Shown here: piece by piece, positions 61,811 through 64,000 of the stretch
How positions within the stretch are numbered: position 1 is the first letter of the stretch
Layout of the letters: every line of letters starts with the position of its first letter
NCBI GenBank assembly: GCA_009914755.4
Contig: CP086569.2
Location: forward strand, 16,736,001 to 16,800,000
Origin: the human T2T-CHM13v2.0 reference genome, Homo sapiens
Reading direction: 5' to 3'
Length of the DNA stretch: 64,000 bases
Position numbers and translations under genes: made by a program
Notes under the pieces: generated by a model
Seen by the model: only the letters and a program-made list of their open reading frames with translations
Database searches by the model: none
Told to the model about the DNA's origin: nothing

Positions 61811-62821
61811 TAGATGACGAGTTAGTGGGTGCAGCGCACCAGCATGGCACATGTATACATATGTAACTAACCTGTACAATGTGCACATGTACCCTAAAAC
61901 TTAAAGTATAATAAAAAAAAAAGAATGTGTGTATTCCCTATTGTAACCACTAAAGATAGCTCAAAATCCAATCAATAATTGATAGTAGAATCTAAATACC
62001 CGATTAATGAAATAACTTGTTCTACAAATCCCCCCAACACAAGTTTACCTGTGTAACAAAACAGCGCCTGTACACCTGAACTTAAAGGTAAAAAAATAAA
62101 ATCACAAAAGTCGTCAAAAAAAGGGACAAAAATAAAATCAAAAGATAAATATTAACTTATAATAAATATTGATGGATTAAAAAAATTCAATAAAACAAAT
62201 AGACACAATGGGTCAATAAGCAAAAAATACATAGTCTATAAACATGTATTTTATACATAGTCTGAATGCAAATGGATGGGAAAAAATATACTGGTCAAGC
62301 AGCAAGCACAAATGTGCTGAAGTGACTGCATTAATATCAGATGGAAATGGTAATATATGTCTCCAAAAAGACTTTATAAGAATGTTTATGGCATAGATTT
62401 ACACCTAGTAGCCTGCAGTTTAAAATTCTCCAAGTGAAGCATTAGTCACAGTAACCAAGATATGGAAACAACCTGAATGTCCATCCACAGATGAATCGAT
62501 AGAGGAACTGTGGTACATACACACAATGGAAATATTATTCTCCCATAAAAAAGAAAGAAATCCTACCATTTGCAGTAACATGGATGTACCCAGAGGACCT
62601 TATGCTCACTGAATTAAGCCAGCCACTATTGGACAAATACAGCATGATTCCACCTATATAAGGCCTTTAAAATAGAACGGCGATTGCCAGGGATTGGGGG
62701 GAGAGAAAATTGAGAATTGTTTTTCATGGGTATAAAGTTTCAGTTGTGCAAAATAAGTTCCAGATATTGCTGTAAAAAATAGTACCTGCAGTTAACAATG
62801 CAGTATGGTGCATTTAAAAAT

Positions 62822-62910
62822 ATGTAAAGAGAATATATCTCATTCTAAGTGTTATTACCACAAAATATGTAAAAGGAATACATCTCATTCTAAGTATCTT
62901 TACCACAAGG
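62822..62910. repeat. Local tandem duplication, about 2 x 44 bp
   Basis: Sequences 'atgtaaagagaatatatctcattctaagtgttattaccacaaa' and 'atgtaaaaggaatacatctcattctaagtatctttaccacaag' are adjacent. Confidence 0.8.
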
Positions 62911-64000
62911 AAATTTTCAGAAGTGTTGGATTTGTAATTTTTAGGACCTTGATTTTGATGGGGGTATCATGGGAATATACATATGTTCAAACTCATTGAA
63001 AGGTCTACATTAACTGTGTGCAATTTTTGGTATATCATTTGTACCTCAATAAAGCTTAAAGAAATTATCCAAGTATACTTTAATTGGAATATGTAACCAA
63101 ATAAATAACCAAAGTTTGGTATTTTCATACAAATATGTACTCTGGAATACAAAGAATAGACTAACAGTATACTTAAGAAATAGAAAAATCACAAAAGTCT
63201 TCTGCAGAGTTAAAGAAATATTACACAATAGAATGTGTAGTGTATTTTTCTACTTAAAGAAAGTTTCAGGATGGGAAAAACTAATCTATACTGGGAAAAC
63301 CGGAAGATAGCTGTTACCTCTGAAGGGGGTTGAGATGGTGTTGCTGAGGCTAGACTTGACTGGAAAGAGAAAGACAACATTTCTCTGAGTTGGCAGTATT
63401 TCCTATCTTGAAAGGGGTTTGGTTTTGCAGATGTACATATTTGTCAAAACTCAGAGAATGTATGTTAATATGTGTGCATCTAATTTCATGTAAAATCTAC
63501 ATCAACAGCTATAAATAAATATTAATATGTAGTTCCTGTTTTGCATGCTAAAAAATGTAAAAAGAAATGTACTTATGTGTGAAATTTGCTTTGAAATGAA
63601 TCCAAAAATAAGATGGGTGAATGAATGCATATAGGGATGCATAGGTAGATAGATATTTCATGGAAATAGTACACTAGTGTATGAACTTAAGAAGACTATT
63701 TATAGTAAATTAAAGGGAGCATCCAACCTACCACATATATTGTGGTAGGTGGACGATTACTTTAAAATTTTTTCAATGTTGCCTTATGTCTGAAATTTTT
63801 CTTAAATAAAATATTGAGGTCAGGGACTGTCAGCTCAAATTCTATTTTCTGTTTGAAGCCTTGATTTGAAGTTCTTGCTTTGTTTCCCTAAAATCCTGTC
63901 CTGTTCATTCACTCAGCAGTTCAGAATTTAGACACTCTTGGTGCATAACATGTATCAGTCTGTTATACATCTTTGTAAGTGTTTTTCTGCTACCTTCAAG

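Overview
This window is primate (almost certainly human) nuclear DNA, not a prokaryotic locus. It is AT-rich, gene-poor and looks intergenic or deep-intronic. Interspersed repeats make up roughly half of it. There are about 14 Alu copies, all clearly recognisable. A young AluY sits at 53155-53491 with a perfect 15-bp target-site duplication (TSD). Two full-length but decayed L1 elements are present. An older one at 21841-27846 has no visible TSD. A younger L1PA at 55900-61920 carries an intact 18-bp TSD. There is also an inverted, twin-priming-like L1 at 12077-14645 that inserted at the A-tail of an older Alu, and several 3' L1 fragments. Two MaLR-type solo LTRs are present, with low confidence on the family. 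Numerous micro- and minisatellites are scattered through the window. I could find no supportable protein-coding exon, RNA gene, CpG island or promoter. Every long ORF in the six-frame track is explained by L1 ORF1/ORF2 remnants or by simple-repeat translation. I do not see a novel 'system' here. The structures most worth a second look are structural. One is a 7-unit tandem array of Alu-monomer-derived ~115-bp units at 31210-31998. Another is the twin-primed L1 whose target was an Alu A-tail. There is also a hairpin-forming 23-bp tandem repeat abutting an Alu. A C-free (GATGGT/GATGAT)n minisatellite is present. A rearranged L1 3' fragment and a possible inverted-repeat-bounded ~1.2-kb element complete the list. 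All coordinates are read by eye from the sequence and may be off by a few bases. Subfamily assignments are from memory of consensus sequences and should be confirmed with RepeatMasker/Dfam.
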